Shown piece by piece: positions 58,115 to 64,000 of a DNA stretch of 64,000 bases. A program made the position numbers and the translations under genes. The DNA comes from Mytilus edulis. Its lineage: Eukaryota. The stretch spans positions 14,260,001 through 14,324,000 of the forward strand of contig NC_092355.1 of assembly GCF_963676685.1 (NCBI RefSeq), given 5' to 3'. Position 1 is the stretch's first letter; each line of letters opens with the position of its first letter. A model generated the notes under the pieces. That model was not told the DNA's origin and made no database searches. It saw only the letters and a list, made by a program, of their open reading frames with translations.

Positions 58115-60746
58115 CCCAGCAGGCACACAACGTTGATTGAACATTGAATCAATGTTTATTTTCTATGTTGAATCAATGTTGAATTATTATTAGATTTTGC
58201 AAATTTGTATCAACGTTGAAATCCTATGTTGAATCAACGTTGATGTTCAACATTGAATCTATATAGAATAATGGTTGCTTCAACATTTTTTCAACCAATA
58301 GCTTAATTTGAATTCAGGGTGAATACAATACTAGTATTCAACACGGAATCAAAATTGGTTAGTGGTTGTGTTCAACTGTGTTTCCACCTAAACTAATGTT
58401 TCATTCATCGTGTATTTTTTGTGTCTTGCAGTCCTTAATTTTATACTGTAGCAATATTCAAGCTATTGTCTTCTCAAGGCGCTCAACATGCAAAATGCCA
58501 TATCAATATTCTGCCTCAGGAAACCTGATCCAATAACTGCTCCATAAGACCCAAGTTTGAAAAATAATCTCAAAACAAAATTGATTAACTTTAAATAAAG
58601 TCATTGTATTTATATTTGACATGGTCATGGTGTGGGCTTTAGCTCATTGTTGAAGACTGTGACCCAAAGATATATAAATAATATTCTTTGGTTGATGGTT
58701 GTCTTTTTAACAATAGGTACAACAATACAAAGTGTTTGGGTGCACAAAACTTTGAATACAATGTAGATGCCATTAACTGCCAATTTAAATTCTATCAGTA
58801 ATGTTCAACAATAAAACTGAGTGACCACATTCGTGTGGTGAGCATGGTGAGAGCATGGCTTGACCATGATGATGATAACAACCAATCAACTGAATAACAA
58901 ATATGTGTGTTGAGGGATTTCCTGCGAACCATAATTTAACCACCAAGATTGTTTTAACTTTTTACAATATGCTTATAACAACACAAATTTTCATCCAAGA
59001 GAAATATTGATTTCGAAAGCACACAACCCTTAATACACAAATTTTGCTCAATGTCTATTTGAAATATGTGACTGATCAAAATATAAAACAAAGTTTGCTG
59101 TTAGGACACTTCCTACCCCATGTATTCTAATGTCCAACCACTGATTATAGAGAAATATTCAATACGATAAAATTAAAATAAATTTATTTATTAATAGTGA
59201 AACTTCAACTTCTGTTTTTCTCACATCTTGTCTTTTTACAGCCAGTTTTAGAAAGTTCATTGTTTTGTCCGAAACTTGAATTGCTGTTCAGTGATTCCAT
59301 CTAGGTCTTCATGATGACATCTACAAAATCAAAAGTTGTATCATTGTCAAGTTTAATTCTGTTCAACACATTTAACTATTAATAACTACATAATGATATT
59401 ACTTTAAGGTATAAATCAAAAGCATAAGGTCTCAACTACATTTCCTTTTAGATAGACTAGAAGGTATAATCTGCACGAAAATCATAAATACTAAATCATA
59501 ACTTGATCGCAATTAATATCCTGGGAACATATAATAAAAGAAATTTTTAATCGCATATATAATTAGCTTCTTACCTTTCCATCCCAAAGTTGTAAACAAG
59601 CCCCCCTTTTTATGCGATTAATTTTTTTTTTACTTATGATTCAATCACATGATTTCAAAAAGTCAATGATAAAAATTCATGATACATTGCAAGATATCTT
59701 GGGAATGGTAACATGCTACCCTGATCCTAAGGTCAATCCTTAAATTGTCCTAACATCCCCCCTTTTTACGTGTAAAATTTCAACTTTTCAGTGCTGTTTC
59801 ATAACAACAATTTACACGATATGCTCACATTTCTAAAATACGATAACTTAATCACAACAATTAATATAAATACTTACGATAAAAATGTAAAAGCAAAGCT
59901 GTATACAGGAAAGATATTGATAAAAACTCTGCAGAAATCACTTGTTGTCTCGTTAGCGGATATTCAAACTTTGGCAACAAATACAACTGCGCATGCGCAT
60001 ATAAATGTCACAATGCCGCGAAAATTTAAATCGTTATTTAAATAGATCTATCCGATGTTTATATTACAAGTTGTCAACCATTGTTTATGTACTGATGTAT
60101 ACGGCTTTCTCTTTGAATTGATAAAAAGAATAGAAAAAAAGAAAGAAATGAAAACAAGATATTTGAAATCAAGGAAAAAGGGGGAGGGATCTTTTAAGGG
60201 GGAAGGGGTTATTCACAAATTCACATAATATTTAATTTTATATTCACTGTATGATCCTATATATACGCTGGTTCTATTACTAGTCTAATGTTTAAGGGTG
60301 GGGTGAAATTTTGGAATTTTCTATTATTTCAATATTTGGTGTTCGAAGTTCATGATTAATCAGTAATGCTAATATATATATACACTTTGATTGTTTTAGG
60401 TGTTATTCTATAATCACTACAACAATTAGTGATAAATCTACTAAATATTTTATTTAATGTGAATATCGTTGTCAATTTAAAAATAATTGTAATGTGTCCA
60501 ATACTCTCAGCCAATACTACTTTTTTTGACAATTCTGGTATCCACAACTACTGGGTTTTATATATTGTTTAGCCAACGTTGATTCATTGTTGGTATTTCA
60601 ACACAATGTTAATTCAACGTTGAAACAATGCACTAATTTCAACGTTGCATTGTCAACGTTGAATCAATGTTGAATATTTGTTGATCAATGTATAACCTAA
60701 AATCAACAAAGATTCAACGTTGATTCAACAGAGTGTGCCTGCAGGG
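58115..60746. mobile_element. CACTA/EnSpm-like non-autonomous DNA transposon (2.6 kb)
   Basis: TA|CCCAGCAGGCACAC...GTGTGCCTGCAGGG|TA, with dense subterminal TCAACGTTGA repeats at both ends. Confidence 0.8.
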
Positions 60747-61109
60747 TACTAGCTATCATAGGAAAAAAGAAGAGAGAGAGAAAGAAGAGAAAAAGAAAGT
60801 TTGAAAAGTCATATAATTCGGTGATGATGACGTGTGTGTTGGCACTGATGTTACGTTCCAGTAACAATAACGCTTTAAGGAGGCACAAGTAGTCTGTTTG
60901 TCCTTTCTATGAAATTTTTAACATGTTTGAAAATTTGAATAGTTTGTTCTTTCGAAAGTTCCAACAGCTGTAAATTAATAGTTTTGTATCTAAAACACAG
61001 TTTAATTGTAATTTAAGAGCCAATAAAAAATATTGAATAAATAAGGTTTTCTACATAAATTGTATTTTGGACAAACGAAGACTGAGTAATGATGGATATC
61101 TTCAATATC

Positions 61110-61605
61110 TGACCCATAATGACAAGAAGGATCATTTATAATATTAGCTCGAAAAAAGGTCATGGTTTAAGAATGAAGCGGAGTATCGCAATTGCGTTAA
61201 TATGATATTCAATTTCCTCGGGCCGTACGCATAAAACGTTTCTACTTAGTCTACTATCGTTGTTCAATTCTTTGTTAGATTTAGAAATAGAGTCGACACT
61301 GCTAAATTTTGGATCAAGTTTATTCCATTCACGTATTGAAGAGGGAATAAACGATTTAGTAGTAAGGGAAAGTCTACAAAATGGAACAATAATATCATAA
61401 CTATTTCGCAATTTGTACACACGGAGGTACAAGATTACATAGGTACTCTGATGCATGCTTTTTGTTCATGTAATAAAACATCTGCAATTTTCTTCGCCTT
61501 CTTCTTTCATCTAACCTCATAATAAAAAGTTCAAGTTTAAGTAAATATTGGTAGACCGGTTACTATTCTTGCGGCCTCTAATTGCAAATTTTCCAATTTA
61601 TGTGA
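61110..61605 (-). mobile_element. LINE (CR1/L2-like) ORF2 C-terminal fragment
   Basis: KLENLQLEAARIVTGL...LDERRRRRKLQMFY...LRN...SFIPSSIREWNKL, with frameshifts. Confidence 0.8.
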
Positions 61606-61721
61606 GTTAAGCAACAGGTCAACTATACTTGGTGTATTGAAGAATTGTAAGCTGTACATGTCTGACTGGCAGGGTCCATCTTACCTTGAACTAATTTTCA
61701 TGTTTTATTGGTCAATGTGTA

Positions 61722-62938
61722 GTTTTATGCGGATATTGGTATCATGTCGGCGTCCGAAGACATTTGGTTTCCGGACAATAACTTCAGTATAAGATAATAG
61801 AAATCTATGAAATTTTAACACGAGGTTTATAACCACAAAAGGAAGGTTGGGATTGAATTTAGTTGTCCTAACAGTTTATGAATAAGGGGCTCAAATAAGT
61901 ATTTTTTTCTAGTTTCCAGCTGAGATGTGTTATAGTAGTCTCAGTTTCAAGATAATAACTTGTGGAACAATGTATGGATCATTGATATTATACTACAAGT
62001 TTCGATACCACAAAGGGATGGTTAGGCTTGGCTTTGGAGGGTATGGCTCAAAATGTTTAGGAATTAGGGACAAATAAGAGAAAAACAAGGGTTTCCTGGT
62101 TAATGGACAATTACTAAAGAATTTAAAAGCAGTGTAAGGGGTAAGGGGTGTAATCCAAATACAACGTTTGGATTACCTCCCTTACACTGCGTTTGAAATA
62201 TGTATAAAGAAATGTTATATTTTCTTGAGATGACTAGCTGTCAATTTGTTTGAAGAAGTTAGTATTAAAAATGCTGATTAAGGAATATTAATTTTAGCCA
62301 TGATTATGTATGTCATTTTCTAATCTAAGACTTTTATGATGTATTAAATAAATGGGTAATTATGGTTGCAAACTCCATTTGATATTTAAATTGAGATTTT
62401 GACAATATCTTGAGGGGGGAAATGGGAGGGGGGTTAATTTTTTCTCATTTCAGTTTTCAGAAGTTGAAAAGAAAATGTTCTTCAAATATAATTTTTGTTA
62501 AAAAAGGGTTTCTTTTGGGTTTAAAAAAAAGGGGGGGGGGGTAAATACTCAACAGCATAGTGCACAAAAGCCACAAAAAAGGGGGTATTTTTTTAGGGGG
62601 AGACGGGTCAATTCGCAACAGCATAGTGTATAGCACAAAAGCAAAAATTTGAATATAAATTCAAATCATATAACCAATTCTAAGTTCTCTGACTACAATT
62701 TATCTGTGTCAGAAACCTATTATCAGAGACATATAATACAAGAGATTGGCAACTCTAGTAGAGTCTATATAACGGCCAATTGTATTATATGTCTCTGCTA
62801 TTATGATGTGTCAAATATTCAATAACAATCCAAATTCAGACCTGTATCAAGCGCGAATATTGTGTCCATTTTGATCCCAATTGTTCATGGTTGGACCTCT
62901 ACGGTTGTATCCAGCTGTGCTCGGCAAAGCAATTTGTT
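61722..62938. mobile_element. Decayed inverted relative of the 44941-47223 element
   Basis: 62826-62938 is reverse-complement-like to 44941-45055; 61760-62070 resembles its 163-bp units. Confidence 0.6.
62724..62797. mobile_element. 74-bp P-superfamily-like MITE
   Basis: CTATTAT|CAGAGACATATAATACAA...TTGTATTATATGTCTCTG|CTATTAT: 7-bp TSD, CANRG terminus. Confidence 0.8.
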
Positions 62939-63369
62939 AAAAAAAAAAATGGCCATTTGTGAAAAGGGTTAAATCCCGTTGTTTTTTTCTCATGCCAACT
63001 CGCCCCAATTAATGAAAAAGGTAAAGTCTAGATGAATATATAATTTTCAGTTCTGCCAACTCAAATGAAAACTAATCTACACAGAATAAATAAAAAATGC
63101 ATTATGTGTATCCATATAAAAAAGAAGATGTGGTATGATTGCCAATGAGACAACTGTCCACCAGATACCAAAATGATACAGACATTAACATGCATGTTCA
63201 TGTTTCTAGTGATGACATTCCACCTAGTATTTCGTTTTATGTTATCATGCCAGTGCTTGCTATCATTTATTGAATGTATGAGTGTTTAAAATGTTATTGT
63301 TATGCATAGAACAATTCTTTTCTCACTTCTGTTCTTCCCGCTGGTAACCATGCATGCGTTGATGTGTAT

Positions 63370-63545
63370 ATTGCGGGAAAGCCTGTCTGAACTGATGCAT
63401 GGTACAACCTAGATATTTATCAGATTTCAGAGCTTGAAGGATGATGCCATGCATGCGCAGTGTGTACTCTCGTATAGGTTTGCGTTTTAAAATTTTAAGT
63501 TCATTGCATTTAGCGGGATAAAAGGCCATTTTCCATTTTGTTTCC
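63370..63545 (-). mobile_element. LINE reverse-transcriptase fragment
   Basis: KWKMAFYPAKC...HG..L....SDKYLGCT, an RT domain C-terminal motif. Confidence 0.75.
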
Positions 63546-64000
63546 GGACCATGTCACGTCACTAAATCTAACTTTTAAAGGGACTGTTATACGTTAGTTT
63601 TCTCTTTTGAGTTGTTTAACATTGTTATTTCGGGGCCTTTTATAGCTAACTATGCGGTATGGGCTTTGCTCATTGACAAATTTGTTATCCCTTATTTGAC
63701 AATTTTACCTCCCATTTTACAATAATAATCTTAATTGTTGTATAGACAAATAAAAAAAAAAACGCGTTTGTGATAAAGGAACTGTAGTATCATCTTTGGA
63801 TATTATAATTGTATCAGCAGTCAAACATTGATTTGTTTTAAAATAAATTAAAACATAACTTAATAAATAGTTATCAAACTACCAGGATTATAATTTTGTA
63901 ATAATAAAAATTGAGAATCGAAATGGTGAATGTGTAAATAAGACAACCCAACAAAACTGAAAAGAGCAGAAATCAGCCTAATGGGTCTTCAACACAGCGA

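Noticed and set aside
59200-59320. Possible upstream coding exon of FAF2
   Set aside because: FAF2 is complete from ATG 54682; this exon-like piece lies inside a CACTA-like element and has stops.

Overview
This is AT-rich animal genomic DNA; the gene and repeat content suggests a bivalve mollusc, probably Mytilus-like (inference). It holds four host genes. Two are tandem intronless RING/B-box/B-box/coiled-coil/NHL-like TRIM genes (- strand, 3.4-9.5 kb). One is a 5-exon THEG-repeat (SPMAP2/THEG-like) gene (+ strand, 16.3-25.9 kb, 253 aa by manual splicing). One is a complete 14-exon FAF2/UBXD8 gene (- strand, 34.2-54.7 kb, 445 aa by manual splicing). The rest is dense, often nested mobile DNA: hAT, Kolobok-like, Tc1/mariner-like, CACTA-like and P-like MITEs, Helentron/HINE-like elements with internal tandem arrays, hairpin-ended elements, and LINE and Penelope-like fragments. 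The main discovery candidate is that three different retro-derived repeat families each carry a circularly permuted (P5-type) twister-ribozyme core with compensatory base changes. The best-preserved copy lies in the 3' UTR of a Penelope-like ORF remnant, directly downstream of a type-II SECIS-like hairpin. Minimal hammerhead ribozymes are also present, and all intronic ribozyme-bearing inserts lie antisense to the host gene. All structures and alignments were read by eye; nothing was computed or searched.
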